Assembly (NCBI GenBank): GCA_949516455.1
Contig: CATILC010000017.1
Location: 1-39,857 of the forward strand
Reading direction: 5' to 3'
DNA from: Flavobacteriia bacterium
GTDB lineage: Bacteria > Bacteroidota > Bacteroidia > Flavobacteriales > Schleiferiaceae
Length of the DNA: 39,857 nucleotides
The notes under the pieces were generated by a model. That model was not told the origin of the DNA and did no database searches. It saw only the letters and a list, made by a program, of their open reading frames with translations. Below, piece by piece: positions 9,804-20,064 of the stretch (position 1 is the stretch's first letter; each line of letters starts with the position of its first letter). A program made the position numbers and the translations under genes.

Positions 9804-11972
9804 ATGACGGCTACGGAGCAACTCCAAAAGTTCTTCGGTTTTAACCAGTTCAAAGGACAACAAGAGGAGGTTGTTGAAAGCGTCCTCAGGGGTGAGGACG
9901 CATTCGTCATCATGCCTACTGGAGGTGGCAAATCACTTTGTTATCAGCTGCCTGCGCTTATTTTGGATGGAACGGCGGTGGTGGTATCGCCCCTGATCGC
10001 ATTGATGAAGAATCAAGTAGACAGTCTCAGGGCCTTTTCTACCGAAAAGGGCGTGGCCCACGTCCTGAATTCCTCTCTGAGCAAAAAAGACGTGCTGCAG
10101 GTAAAAGCCGATCTGTTGAACGGCACCACTAAACTCTTGTACGTGGCTCCGGAATCTTTGAGCAAGCAGGAGAACATCGATCTTCTTCAGCGCGTTGGCA
10201 TATCGTTTTACGCGATCGACGAGGCCCATTGCATTTCTGAATGGGGCCATGATTTCCGTCCGGAATACCGGAACCTTCGGCAGATCATGCAACGCATCGA
10301 GAAGAAAGCGGTCATCGCTTTGACCGCTACGGCAACACCAAAGGTTCAATCGGACATTCAAAAAAACCTGGGCATGGAAAACGCCCGGGTTTTCGTTTCC
10401 TCCTTCAACAGGCACAACCTCTTTTATGAAGTTCGGTCGAAAAAAGATCCCGAAAAAGAACTGGTTCGCTTCGTGAACAGATTTCAAGGGCAAAGTGGGA
10501 TCGTTTACTGCCTCAGCAGAAAGAAAGTGGAAGAGATGGCAGAAACCCTGCAGGTGAATGGGGTCAAAGCCCTTCCCTACCACGCGGGTCTGGATTCGGC
10601 CACACGCGCCCGTCATCAGGACGCGTTCCTCATGGAAGAGGTGGATGTGGTGGTCGCCACCATTGCCTTTGGCATGGGGATCGATAAGCCCGATGTCCGG
10701 TTCATCGTCCACTACGACATTCCCAAGAGTCTGGAGAGCTATTACCAGGAAACGGGACGAGCGGGAAGAGATGGCGCTGGAGGCCATTGTCTGGCTTTTT
10801 ACAGCCATAAGGACATTGAAAAGCTCGAGAAATTTCTGCACAACAAACCAGTGGCTGAGCAGGAGATCGGAAAGCAGCTGATCCAGGAAACCCTGGGATA
10901 TGTGGAGACCAGCTGCTGCCGGCGGGTTTATTTGCTGCATTATTTCGGAGAATCATTTGATGCAGAAGACTGCCACGGCATGTGCGACAACTGCAAAGAC
11001 CCCGTCTCCAGCAAGGATGCACAGGGGGATCTCGAATGGGTCATCCGTGCGATCCAACAGACGAATCAACGCATGAAGACCCAGCACATCACGGCCATCC
11101 TCACTGGGCAGACCAATTCCATCATCAAGTCGAACAAGGCAGATGAACTTCCGCTTTTTGGCCAGGGAAAAGACCAGTCAGAACTGCACTGGACAGGGGT
11201 CATCCGGCAGGCCATACTTCAAGATTATTTGAAAAAAGACATCGAGAGCTACGGAGTTTTGAAACTCACTTCCTCGGCCCTTGAATTTCTCGAACACCCC
11301 AAGCCATTCATGATCCGGGAGGATCGCGACTATGGACGAGAGGACGAAAACGCCAATAAGAATTCAGGATCCGCTGGTGCTCTTGATGAAACGCTATTCA
11401 AGCTCCTGAAGGAGACCCGGAAAAAGATGGCGCACAAACTCGGGATTCCGCCATTTGCCATTTTCCAGGAAAACTCCTTGCTCGAAATGTCCCTTCACTA
11501 TCCGGTCAGCGAAGGAGAATTGAAGCAGATATCGGGTGTGGGTGAAGGAAAGGTCAAAAAATTTGGAAAAGAGTTTCTCCATGTCATCAGCGCCCATGTA
11601 GAGGCACAGGGAATCACTAAAGACGACAGCTTCTTTGTGCGGTCTGTTGCCAACAGATCGGCCAATAAGGTGGCCATCATCCAGGCAATGGACCGAAAGG
11701 TTCCCCTCGATGAACTGGCGCGCACACGGAGCATGGAGCGCACGGAATTGATCTCAGAGATCGAACAGATCGTTCGCTCTGGAACACGCATGAACATCGA
11801 TCACCATCTAAATGAGATCCTAGATGAAGAGCAGATCGAAGAGGTATTCGACTACTTCATGGAGGCCGAATCCGAAAATCTTGAAGAAGCGCATTCCGCC
11901 TTGGACGGAGAGTACGACGAAGAGGAGATCCGCTTGGTTCTGATCAAGTTTCTCAGCGAAGTCGCCAACTGA
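9804..11972 (+). CDS. recQ: ATP-dependent DNA helicase RecQ
   Basis: [14 protein letters not shown], Walker [19 protein letters not shown] box [19 protein letters not shown], Zn-binding cysteines (CRR...CHGMCDNC) and an HRDC-like segment. The start is set at ATG 9804 ([12 protein letters not shown]) rather than at the ORF start 9750. Confidence 0.95.
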   Translation: MTATEQLQKFFGFNQFKGQQEEVVESVLRGEDAFVIMPTGGGKSLCYQLPALILDGTAVVVSPLIALMKNQVDSLRAFSTEKGVAHVLNSSLSKKDVLQVKADLLNGTTKLLYVAPESLSKQENIDLLQRVGISFYAIDEAHCISEWGHDFRPEYRNLRQIMQRIEKKAVIALTATATPKVQSDIQKNLGMENARVFVSSFNRHNLFYEVRSKKDPEKELVRFVNRFQGQSGIVYCLSRKKVEEMAETLQVNGVKALPYHAGLDSATRARHQDAFLMEEVDVVVATIAFGMGIDKPDVRFIVHYDIPKSLESYYQETGRAGRDGAGGHCLAFYSHKDIEKLEKFLHNKPVAEQEIGKQLIQETLGYVETSCCRRVYLLHYFGESFDAEDCHGMCDNCKDPVSSKDAQGDLEWVIRAIQQTNQRMKTQHITAILTGQTNSIIKSNKADELPLFGQGKDQSELHWTGVIRQAILQDYLKKDIESYGVLKLTSSALEFLEHPKPFMIREDRDYGREDENANKNSGSAGALDETLFKLLKETRKKMAHKLGIPPFAIFQENSLLEMSLHYPVSEGELKQISGVGEGKVKKFGKEFLHVISAHVEAQGITKDDSFFVRSVANRSANKVAIIQAMDRKVPLDELARTRSMERTELISEIEQIVRSGTRMNIDHHLNEILDEEQIEEVFDYFMEAESENLEEAHSALDGEYDEEEIRLVLIKFLSEVAN

Positions 11973-12187
11973 ACTTTCTTCAATTCAGATCGAAGCGAAA
12001 GACCTTTTTTGATGCCGCAGCGGTCATGCAGGAGATCGATCGTGAATAATTCAAGAGGAAGCGCGTGAGCTCTGCCGGAGGTTCGGTGGGTTTGATTTCA
12101 GAATGCGGGGTGTCAAGGGTAGAATCTTTGGCCATAGAGTGTATTTTGTCTGTCAACGTATGGCCTTCCCCTCTTATTGTCCACCCT

Positions 12188-12775
12188 TCATTCCGTCAGA
12201 ACGATCCGGTGCTTTACGATCAGCTTTCTCATGTTGATCAATGCGTACCGCATTCTCCCCAATGCCGTATTGATGCTGACACCTGTCTGCTCAGCGATCT
12301 CTTTGAAACTCATCTCTCCGTAGATCCTCATGTGCAATACAGCCCTTTGCTCCTCTGGCAGATGGCGCATAAGTGAAACTGCATCCTTCATGATCTGCTC
12401 CTGTATGGACTCGTCCTCAGCGTTTCTTTCTGAATCGGGGATGATGTCCAAAATGTTGAAATCCTCCCGAGTACGCAGATGAGGCATCCGCTTTTCTTTG
12501 CGGAAGTGGTCGATCACCAGGTTGTGCGCAATGCGCATCACCCATTGAATGAATTTTCCTTCTTCGTTGTAACGGCCGGCTTTCAATGTCTGGATCACCT
12601 TGATGAAGGTATCTTGAAAAATATCGTTGGCCAGATCACGGTCCCTGAGTTTATTCAGCAGGAATCCATAGACCTTCTGTCTGTGCTTGCTGATGAGCTG
12701 CTCTAAGGCGTGTTCGTTTCCCTGAATGTAGCTGCGAACCAGATGACGGTCCGCTAAGGCACTGCTTCTCTCCAT
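12188..12775 (-). CDS. RNA polymerase sigma-70 family (ECF-type) sigma factor
   Basis: 195 aa from ATG 12775 (MERSSALADRHLVRSYIQGNEHALEQL). It has region 2 (DIFQDTFIKVIQ, WVMRIAHNLVIDHFRK) and region 4 (SFKEIAEQTGVSINTALGRMRYA). The 96-codon upstream extension in the ORF track overlaps uvrA and looks non-coding. Confidence 0.9.
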   Translation of the reverse strand: MERSSALADRHLVRSYIQGNEHALEQLISKHRQKVYGFLLNKLRDRDLANDIFQDTFIKVIQTLKAGRYNEEGKFIQWVMRIAHNLVIDHFRKEKRMPHLRTREDFNILDIIPDSERNAEDESIQEQIMKDAVSLMRHLPEEQRAVLHMRIYGEMSFKEIAEQTGVSINTALGRMRYALINMRKLIVKHRIVLTE

Positions 12776-12849
12776 GGCGCTTTTGTTGATGATTAAAACG
12801 GTACGGAGTAGAAGTCTATTCGATAATTGCCTTTTTTTCGCTTGTGAAA

Positions 12850-12857
12850 CAAATGTA
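12850..12857 (-). promoter_or_regulatory. Candidate -7 box TACATTTG for the sigma-factor gene
   Basis: The minus strand reads TACATTTG. It is 74 nt upstream of ATG 12775, in the sigma/uvrA divergent spacer. Confidence 0.3.
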
Positions 12858-12908
12858 CCGAATTTTCCTTTTAGCATTAATCCGCTTGAGCAACCCACCC
12901 AGTTCGGC

Positions 12909-15698
12909 ATGAGTAAGAAAAGATCTTCCGGTTCAGACCACATCCGCATTCTGCGGTCAAGGGTACACAACCTGAAAGACCTCAGTGTGGACATCCCTAA
13001 GAACAAGCTGACCGTCGTGACAGGATTGAGTGGCTCAGGGAAATCATCTCTTGCTTTGGACACGCTCTATGCCGAGGGACAGCGGCGCTATGTCGAAAGC
13101 CTTTCCTCTTATGCACGACAATTCCTGGGGCGACTGAACAAACCAGACTGCGACGGCATCGAAGGACTGTCGCCAGCCATTGCCATCGAACAAAAAGTAG
13201 GGAGCCGGAATCCAAGGTCCACTGTGGGAACAGCCACAGAAATTTACGACTATCTCAAACTGTTGTATGCCCGTTTGGGACGCACCTACAGCCCGATCTC
13301 AGGAAAGGAAGTGAAACGGCATCGGGTATCAGACGTGATCGATCATTTGATCGGTCTGCCCAACGAGGAACGCATACTCATACTTGCGCCCATTGAACTT
13401 CAAAGAGATGCTCAGAAGACCCTTTCGATGCTTCGGGACCAAGGGTATGCACGAGTGCTGCTGGACGAAGAGGTGTTCCAGATCGAAAGCATCCCTGAGG
13501 CGGAATTGAAGAATATCACTTCCTCATATCTGGTTGTGGACCGCCTGCAATCCGACATGGAACGGGAAGACAACAGGAACCGTGCGGCTGATTCCATTCA
13601 AACAGCGTTTTTTGAAGGGCACGGGCAGTGCGTCGTCCGATCATTCGACTCAGGTCAGATGAGTTCTTTTTCAGACCGGTTTGAAATGGACGGCATGCGT
13701 TTCGAGGAGCCTTCCACGCATTTGTTCAGCTTCAACAACCCATTTGGTGCCTGCCCCGTTTGCGAAGGCTTTGGAAGTGTCGTAGGCATAGACAGGGATC
13801 TGGTCATTCCGAACCCATCCTTGTCGGTGTATGAAGATTGTGTGGTTCCCTGGCGTGGAGCCCATATGCAGAAATGGAAGGAGCAGTTCGTATTGAAATG
13901 CTCGGAATACGATTTCCCCATCCACAAGGCATACGGTGAGTTGACAAATGCTCAGCAGGAACTGCTCTGGAAGGGAAAAGGCAGGCTTAAAGGCATCAAT
14001 GCCTTTTTTGACTATCTCGAACAAAAGAGCTACAAGATCCAATTCAGGGTAATGCTTGCCCGGTACCGAGGGAAAACGGCTTGTACGACCTGTTCTGGTG
14101 GGCGACTTCGCGAGGAGGCATCTTACGTACGAATTGGAGGAAGAAACATCGCTGAATTGAACCGCATGGCACTCAGTGAACTTTCCGATTTCATGGGAAA
14201 TCTTTCTTGGGATCAGGAAAATGAAACTCAGGTGGCCAAGCAATTGATGACAGAAATCAAAGACCGTCTGACCTATCTGATCCATGTCGGACTTCCTTAT
14301 TTGAATCTCAATCGCTCTGTTTCCACACTTTCTGGCGGCGAGGCGCAAAGAGTCCGTTTGGCCACTTCTCTGGGAAGCAGTCTGGTTGGGAGTATTTATG
14401 TGCTTGACGAACCGAGTATTGGCCTTCACCCTTCGGATACACGCCAACTGATCGGGGTATTGGAAAAATTGAGGGATCAGGGCAATACGGTTCTGGTCGT
14501 GGAGCACGACGAGGACATCATGCGGTCAGCAGATCATCTTATTGACATCGGTCCGGAAGCGGGTTTTGACGGAGGGGAACTGGTTTTTGAAGGTCCGCCG
14601 GAAGCTGCAGACCCAAAACAGTATTTTGGCCATACGGTGGCTCTTCTGAACGGAGCTGCGAATGATCTGAATCGCTCAGTTTACAGAACGCCAACAGGAT
14701 TCATCACTGTGCGCGGAGCCGGAGAGAACAATCTGAAAAACATCGACGTACAGATACCTCTGGGTGTTTTGAGCACAGTCACTGGAGTAAGTGGATCCGG
14801 CAAGAGTTCGCTGGTCCGCGGGATCCTCTACCCTGCCCTGAAACGCATTTTACTCAAACTCGGAGACAAACCGGGAAAACACATCGGCCTTGAGGGCGAT
14901 ATTGATCTTTTGGATCATGTGGAGTTCGTGGACCAGAATCCCATTGGAAGATCCTCGCGAAGCAATCCCATTACCTACATCAAAGCCTACGACGACATCC
15001 GAAACCTCTTTGCATCACAGCCATTGGCCAAACAAAGAGGATATAAGGGAAAACACTTCTCATTCAATGTGGCCGGCGGACGTTGTGATCAGTGCGAAGG
15101 AGAAGGGGTCGTCACCGTAGAGATGCAGTTCATGGCAGATGTCAAACTCAGCTGCGAAACGTGTCATGGGCGGCGATTCAAGAATGAGGTACTCGAGGTG
15201 AAAGTGAAAGAAAAGACCATTCACGACGTACTCGAGCTAACTGTGGAAGAAGCCATATGCTTTTTCTCTGATCTGGGGAAAGAACGCATCGTTCAGCAAC
15301 TACAGGCACTGCTCGATGTGGGAATGGGCTATGTCAAACTTGGCCAGTCTTCCAGTACTTTGAGTGGCGGAGAAGCCCAGCGCATCAAACTTGCGTTGTT
15401 CCTGCTGAAAGGAAAAGACCATGGGCGCACCCTGTTCATCTTTGACGAGCCCACCACCGGACTGCATTTCAAGGATATAGAAAAACTCCTCAGGTCTTTT
15501 GACGCCCTACTGCAAAAAGGACACAGCATTCTCCTAGTAGAACATCAGATGGATCTGGTAAGCGCTTCCGACTGGCTCATTGACCTCGGTCCCGAGGGCG
15601 GCGAGAAAGGTGGGTTCCTGAATTACTGCGGACCTATGGATCGGGACGCATTCACTGCGCCGTATTCGAAGACCCAGGAATACCTATTGGATCAGTAG
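12909..15698 (+). CDS. uvrA: Excinuclease ABC subunit A
   Basis: 929 aa from ATG 12909 (MSKKRSSGSDHIRILRSRVHNLKDLSVDIP). It has two ABC modules (GLSGSGKSS and GVSGSGKSS, with LSGGEAQR twice) and Zn modules CPVCEGFG, CTTCSGGR, CDQCEGEG and CETCHGRR. Full-length class I architecture. Confidence 0.96.
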   Translation: MSKKRSSGSDHIRILRSRVHNLKDLSVDIPKNKLTVVTGLSGSGKSSLALDTLYAEGQRRYVESLSSYARQFLGRLNKPDCDGIEGLSPAIAIEQKVGSRNPRSTVGTATEIYDYLKLLYARLGRTYSPISGKEVKRHRVSDVIDHLIGLPNEERILILAPIELQRDAQKTLSMLRDQGYARVLLDEEVFQIESIPEAELKNITSSYLVVDRLQSDMEREDNRNRAADSIQTAFFEGHGQCVVRSFDSGQMSSFSDRFEMDGMRFEEPSTHLFSFNNPFGACPVCEGFGSVVGIDRDLVIPNPSLSVYEDCVVPWRGAHMQKWKEQFVLKCSEYDFPIHKAYGELTNAQQELLWKGKGRLKGINAFFDYLEQKSYKIQFRVMLARYRGKTACTTCSGGRLREEASYVRIGGRNIAELNRMALSELSDFMGNLSWDQENETQVAKQLMTEIKDRLTYLIHVGLPYLNLNRSVSTLSGGEAQRVRLATSLGSSLVGSIYVLDEPSIGLHPSDTRQLIGVLEKLRDQGNTVLVVEHDEDIMRSADHLIDIGPEAGFDGGELVFEGPPEAADPKQYFGHTVALLNGAANDLNRSVYRTPTGFITVRGAGENNLKNIDVQIPLGVLSTVTGVSGSGKSSLVRGILYPALKRILLKLGDKPGKHIGLEGDIDLLDHVEFVDQNPIGRSSRSNPITYIKAYDDIRNLFASQPLAKQRGYKGKHFSFNVAGGRCDQCEGEGVVTVEMQFMADVKLSCETCHGRRFKNEVLEVKVKEKTIHDVLELTVEEAICFFSDLGKERIVQQLQALLDVGMGYVKLGQSSSTLSGGEAQRIKLALFLLKGKDHGRTLFIFDEPTTGLHFKDIEKLLRSFDALLQKGHSILLVEHQMDLVSASDWLIDLGPEGGEKGGFLNYCGPMDRDAFTAPYSKTQEYLLDQ

Positions 15699-16351
15699 AA
15701 CATGTAATTGTAGCCTATCCGAAGGCCACCGTAGAAATCATTGGAAGTTCTGTTGCTCTGGTATACCCAACCCTCCAGGTCGTCAAAAGTGGTGAAGTGG
15801 CCCAGGAACTCGACGTTCATGTAGCTTCGATAGGATGTCCGGATCTTTAGACCGCCTCCCCCGAAATAATTGAAACCCATGTAGGCATTCGGCCGCACAA
15901 CAAAAGATTCCGAAAACTGAGTTTCGTCCTTGACATCAGGATTGTAAAAATTCACACCTCCACCAGCCTTGACATACAGGGAATATTTTTGGTTCCTTCT
16001 GAATTTGCCAAACTTGGAGAAATTCATTTCAATGAATGGATTCAGCTGGATCATATGGGTGCGCACCTCAAATCCGCGTTCTGCCTCCGTATGATTTTCA
16101 TCTGCTGAATAAATGAAAGAATAGCTGCCTTCCATTCCCAAACTGAACCACGAACTGAAAGTTGTGCGCAGGTAGGCGCCGGCACTGGGACGCATGTCGC
16201 TCAGGTATCCGGATATGACGCCTGTTGCCACATCCCCATTGTAGTTCATCGTTCCAACATACACGCCAAAATCATAGTAATCAAACCTCCTTTGACCGTT
16301 CACGGTAAAGGAGAAGAGTACAGACATGAGGATGATAAGCGTTTTCTTCAT
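15692..16351 (-). CDS. Outer-membrane beta-barrel protein (small porin-family OMP)
   Basis: ATG at 16351 (the track start 16357 is TTG). Signal peptide MKKTLIILMSVLFSFTVNGQ, alternating aromatic/glycine-rich strands and a C-terminal beta-signal GLRIGYNYMFY. It starts 2 nt after the yaaA stop. Confidence 0.75.
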   Translation of the reverse strand: MKKTLIILMSVLFSFTVNGQRRFDYYDFGVYVGTMNYNGDVATGVISGYLSDMRPSAGAYLRTTFSSWFSLGMEGSYSFIYSADENHTEAERGFEVRTHMIQLNPFIEMNFSKFGKFRRNQKYSLYVKAGGGVNFYNPDVKDETQFSESFVVRPNAYMGFNYFGGGGLKIRTSYRSYMNVEFLGHFTTFDDLEGWVYQSNRTSNDFYGGLRIGYNYMFY

Positions 16352-16353
16352 AT

Positions 16354-17121
16354 TCAAATACTCCGTAAAAATACGGTATTCGTAGCCGAACTCCTGTCGG
16401 GATCGAATGAATATCCTGAAGTGTTGAACGAACGCAACTCGGCGAGATTGCTCACCCGTGCCCGGACCATATAATGAGCCAAATACCCTCGTGCTTTTTT
16501 GAGATGCACCTGAATCGAGCGTGGCGGCCGACCATCTTTCTTGTCCTCTAAAAAATCCACCTTGTGCAATAGCTCACTGATCTTCCCAAGATCAGCTGCC
16601 TTGATGTATTCGGCAGAGCTCAGATCTATAATGGGCCGATTCTCACTCAGATCGAAAATCGTTTGAGGAAGCGCCCCTGACCAAAAAGAATAGAGGTCTT
16701 TGTGCTGTCCAACAGACATTCTGCTCCCCATCTCCAGTCGATAGGGAAGTACCAAATCCATGGGACGCAACAGACCATACAGACCCGAGAGAATGAAGAC
16801 TTTGTTCTGCGCGTACTGCCAATCTTCCTGAGACCAGCGATCTGTGGCCAGTCCGCGGTACACTTCTCCGTCGAACAAGTCAGCTGCGCGCACCTTTCCC
16901 TGCCCATCTCTGCTCAACCACTCTTCATTGCGGGTCCTGTTCAGTCTTGCGATGTCCTCGCTTACTTTGTGGAGCCTGATCAATTGGGCGACATCCTTCC
17001 TGACGTGATCCCGCATGATCTCTTTGGCCTGTTCTAAAAACAGAGGCTGAGTACCTTCCGAGGATGCCTTCAAGCGATCCATTTCTTTTAGCCTCTTGGC
17101 AGGAGACAACAACGCGATCAT
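16354..17121 (-). CDS. yaaA: Peroxide stress protein YaaA (UPF0246/DUF328)
   Basis: 255 aa with the hallmark N-terminus MIALLSPAKRL and family-typical length. Confidence 0.88.
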   Translation of the reverse strand: MIALLSPAKRLKEMDRLKASSEGTQPLFLEQAKEIMRDHVRKDVAQLIRLHKVSEDIARLNRTRNEEWLSRDGQGKVRAADLFDGEVYRGLATDRWSQEDWQYAQNKVFILSGLYGLLRPMDLVLPYRLEMGSRMSVGQHKDLYSFWSGALPQTIFDLSENRPIIDLSSAEYIKAADLGKISELLHKVDFLEDKKDGRPPRSIQVHLKKARGYLAHYMVRARVSNLAELRSFNTSGYSFDPDRSSATNTVFLRSI

Positions 17122-17173
17122 AGAAGAGAATCAGCCTCGAAGTTATGGCATCAAATTTGGAATTTCAGGCAAG

Positions 17174-17181
17174 TATATTTG
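17174..17181 (+). promoter_or_regulatory. Candidate -7 box TATATTTG for the lipoprotein pair
   Basis: Perfect TAnnTTTG, 8 nt upstream of ATG 17190 and inside the 5' extension of the track ORF (17145). This supports 17190 as the start. Confidence 0.35.
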
Positions 17182-17189
17182 CCTCCATC

Positions 17190-18581
17190 ATGAATAGACA
17201 ATATTCCATTTCGCTTCCCACTTTCCTATCCTTGACGTTTGTGCTTCTCCTGTCGGCCTGCAGCGGTTCTAGAAACTTGTATAAAAAAGGAGGTCAGCTC
17301 GAAGAAGCAGGCATGTACCGGGAAGCCACCGAATATTACATCAACGCGCTGGCACGCAAAAAAACCAATGTAGATGCGAAGATCGCGTTGAAAAGATCTG
17401 GACAGAAAGTGCTGGACGAATATCTGACCTCCTTTTATCAAGCGCATGCCATTGACCAGCACCAGCGGGCGGTGGAATCATATCTGAAGGCCGAACAATT
17501 CAGAGACCGGGTGAAATTGGTTGGTGTGGGACTGGAGTTCCCGCCGAATTATGAAGAATTCTTTTTTGAATCGAGACTGGACCATGTGACCGATCTGTAT
17601 GCGCAGGCCAAGAAACTGATGGGATCTGAAGATTACGATGAGGCGAAAGTATATCTCGAGCAGATCAAAGATCTGATGCCGGGGTACGAAGATGTACAGG
17701 AGCTGAGTCTGACCGCTTTTCAGGAGCCCATGTACCGATCGGCTCTCATGCATTACGAAAAGAACGAATACCGCGAGGCATACCGACTCTTCTCAAGGAT
17801 AAACGAAAAAGGCAGCTATAAAGAATCAAAAGAACTGGAAGGCATTTGTCTCGAAAATGGCCGATTCACTATCGGCATCCTTCCCTTCAAGAATCAAAGC
17901 CGAGTGAACGGGACAGCCGAGGCATTGGCTGCTGCGATATCCAAAGAACTCATCGGATCGGACAACCCATTCATCCAGGTCTTGGACCGGAGCAGAACGG
18001 CCGACATCCAAGAAGAACAATTCATCAATATGTCCGATGAGATAGGCAATATGAAGCCAAAGATGACCGCTCAATTCCTTGGAGCTGAAGCCCTCTTGAT
18101 CGGAGAAGTAGTGAAAGCCGATATGAAGAAAAATGGTTTGGAACGCACGATGAACAAGGGATTCAGATCGGAAGCCATAAGGGTCAAAGACGCGAAGACT
18201 GGAAAGATGAAGACGTCCTACACCTATCATCGCACGACGTATTACGGAGTGAAGAAAGAAAACCGAGCGGTCATCGGCTTCCAGTATCGACTGATCTCGA
18301 CCGCTACGAGCGAAATACTTGCGGCCGACCTGATCACCTTGGAGCGTTCAGATCAAGCAGAGTATATCGAATACAATGGCAATATCGATCAGCTCTATCC
18401 AGGTACTTGGGGGAAATATAAAATATCGGATAAGGTAGATCGGAACTACAGAGTCCGTCGAAATCTGAAAAAACTGTCCAAGGCAAAAAAGTCTGTACGT
18501 ACGGCTGAAGAATTGGCAACCGATATTTATGGGGATATCGCTAAAAAAGTGGCGAATGAACTGGAAAAGCAGCTTCAATGA
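17190..18581 (+). CDS. Lipoprotein with an N-terminal TPR-like helical region and a CsgG/LpoB-like periplasmic domain
   Basis: Signal plus lipobox MNRQYSISLPTFLSLTFVLLLSAC. Helical repeats follow (YREATEYYINALARKK, YDEAKVYLEQIKDLMPG, YREAYRLFSRI), then GRFTIGILPFKNQSRVNGTAEALAAAISKELIGSDNPFIQVLDRSRTADIQEEQ...GAEALLIGEV, a pattern typical of CsgG/LpoB-type lipoproteins. The domain call is by eye only. Confidence 0.75.
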   Translation: MNRQYSISLPTFLSLTFVLLLSACSGSRNLYKKGGQLEEAGMYREATEYYINALARKKTNVDAKIALKRSGQKVLDEYLTSFYQAHAIDQHQRAVESYLKAEQFRDRVKLVGVGLEFPPNYEEFFFESRLDHVTDLYAQAKKLMGSEDYDEAKVYLEQIKDLMPGYEDVQELSLTAFQEPMYRSALMHYEKNEYREAYRLFSRINEKGSYKESKELEGICLENGRFTIGILPFKNQSRVNGTAEALAAAISKELIGSDNPFIQVLDRSRTADIQEEQFINMSDEIGNMKPKMTAQFLGAEALLIGEVVKADMKKNGLERTMNKGFRSEAIRVKDAKTGKMKTSYTYHRTTYYGVKKENRAVIGFQYRLISTATSEILAADLITLERSDQAEYIEYNGNIDQLYPGTWGKYKISDKVDRNYRVRRNLKKLSKAKKSVRTAEELATDIYGDIAKKVANELEKQLQ

Positions 18582-18585
18582 TCGA

Positions 18586-19971
18586 ATGAAGAATAGACTC
18601 TCTGTTTTTCTCCTGGCCACTGCCTTTGCTGCAGCTTCGGCCTGTTCGGTGACACAAAAGACCAAGCAGGCTGAAACTCCGCCGCCCGACCTTAGGCCCG
18701 AATGGGTGAAGACCCGTCCATTTCGACCTGGCGTGTACACTGGGATCGGTTCAGCTCCCAAAGTGGGTGTGGGCGCAGATCATCAGTCACAGGCCAAATA
18801 TCAAGCGCTCAATGACCTGGCCAGTGAGATCTCGGTGACCATTTCGGGGAGTTCTCTTCTTTATCAGGCAGAGGCCAACGATCGCTATGCCGAAAGTTTT
18901 CAATCCAGTGTCAAAACCCGCACGGTCGAGCAGCTCACCGGCTATGAACTCTCGGGCATCTATGAAGATGATGACCAATACTGGGTTTGGTATACATTGG
19001 ATAAGGCCGTCTATGCGAGCGACAAGAAGACCCGGAAGCAGAAGGCCATTGAACTGGCTCTTTTTCACCGTGGTCTGGCGAAGGATCATCTCACTGCAGG
19101 AGAAGACATTCTGGCCATTGAAAACTACCTCAAGGCGCTGGAGGACCTTCATGATTTTTGGAACGAGGCCCTCAAGGCCGATGTGGACGGTCAAGAAGAC
19201 CTTTTGGGAAACCGCATTCTCTCAGAATTGGGAGAAGTGGTCCGGAACATCCGCATCGATCCCATCAGCGAGATACACGAAGTGCTTATCGGAAAGAAAT
19301 TGACCGATGACCTGGCCTTTGAGATCACGGGACACAGTGGTGCTGACTTGGAAAATGCACCCGTATTCGTCAATCTCAGGGGGTATCGGATGCCCAGTAA
19401 TCAGCTCAGCAGCGACCGCAATGGAATGATCGTCGCCCGGGATCTTCCCAGGGAACTTCGGCCTGAAAAGAGTGAACTTCGATGCACCCTGAACATGGTC
19501 AACCTGATCGAAAGGAGCACGAAAGACCCCATGATCGCCATACTGGCAAATAGCATCAGCCCACCCTCTGCGAGTTGCAGTGTTCAGTTTCGCTACCCCA
19601 GCATCCAATTGGTTCAGGCAGAGAATTCAGATGGTCCAACTGCCAATGGATCAGATGAGTTTGTATTGGAATTGAAGTCGCTTCTGTACAAGAGCGGATT
19701 TGATGTGGTCGATCGAAATGGAGAGATGCGCATAGAGGTCGGGAGGGTTTTTCGCGAAAGCATCAAGCGAAACAAATTCGTTCACACCTCCCTCGATCTT
19801 CGACTGAGGTTGACCGACGACTCGGGCAGATTGCTGAATGAGGTAAGTGCTCGAGAGATCAAGGGCACTCATCTTTCTGCCGAACAGTCCAGAAGAGAAG
19901 CATTGGACAAGGCACGTGAGGCACTTAAAAAGCGATATTACAGGGACCTCTTGCGCCCGGTCTTTCCCTGA
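18586..19971 (+). CDS. LPP20/FlgP-like lipoprotein with a long uncharacterised C-terminal region
   Basis: ATG 18586 lies 4 nt after the upstream stop. Lipobox MKNRLSVFLLATAFAAASAC. LPP20-like module PEWVKTRPFRPGVYTGIGSA...QAKYQALNDLASEISVTISG...YWVWYTLDKAVY. About 300 further residues carry no motif I recognise. Confidence 0.75.
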   Translation: MKNRLSVFLLATAFAAASACSVTQKTKQAETPPPDLRPEWVKTRPFRPGVYTGIGSAPKVGVGADHQSQAKYQALNDLASEISVTISGSSLLYQAEANDRYAESFQSSVKTRTVEQLTGYELSGIYEDDDQYWVWYTLDKAVYASDKKTRKQKAIELALFHRGLAKDHLTAGEDILAIENYLKALEDLHDFWNEALKADVDGQEDLLGNRILSELGEVVRNIRIDPISEIHEVLIGKKLTDDLAFEITGHSGADLENAPVFVNLRGYRMPSNQLSSDRNGMIVARDLPRELRPEKSELRCTLNMVNLIERSTKDPMIAILANSISPPSASCSVQFRYPSIQLVQAENSDGPTANGSDEFVLELKSLLYKSGFDVVDRNGEMRIEVGRVFRESIKRNKFVHTSLDLRLRLTDDSGRLLNEVSAREIKGTHLSAEQSRREALDKAREALKKRYYRDLLRPVFP

Positions 19972-20016
19972 AGTCATCCCATTTTAAAGTGGATACGGCT
20001 GTTCATCGATTGAAAT

Positions 20017-20044
20017 AAAAAAAAGGAGCCCAAAGGCTCCTTTT
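20017..20044. terminator. Bidirectional rho-independent terminator
   Basis: The sequence is A8, GGAGCC, caaa, GGCTCC, TTTT: a perfect 6-bp GC-rich stem extendable through A/T pairs. It sits between convergent stops at 19971 (+) and 20065 (-). Confidence 0.7.
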
Positions 20045-20064
20045 CAATGAAAAGCTGAATCCGA

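Noticed and set aside
9933-10940. 335-aa minus-strand ORF
   Set aside because: It is antisense to the helicase core of recQ and has no motifs. Shadow ORF.
11980-12135. 51-codon minus-strand ORF downstream of the sigma factor, considered as a possible anti-sigma factor
   Set aside because: It has no transmembrane helix, no HxxxCxxC zinc motif and no amphipathic anti-sigma-like pattern. It is short enough to occur by chance. I kept it only as a note within the gap finding.
12776-13063. 96-codon N-terminal extension of the sigma-factor ORF, and the 45-codon extension of the uvrA ORF (12774-12908)
   Set aside because: The extensions overlap each other and the real uvrA N-terminus, and they contain no sigma region 1 or UvrA-like sequence. 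Both proteins have family-typical N-termini at the internal ATGs (12775 and 12909). A -7 box sits in the spacer.
13671-14507. 278-aa minus-strand ORF
   Set aside because: It is antisense to uvrA and has no motifs. Shadow ORF.
17145-17189. 5' extensions of track ORFs at 17145, 18529, 20661, 25572, 25584 and 28252
   Set aside because: Several begin on TTG or GTG or precede obvious signal peptides or typical N-termini. In-frame ATGs give lipoboxes or canonical N-termini, and in two cases a -7 box lies inside the extension.
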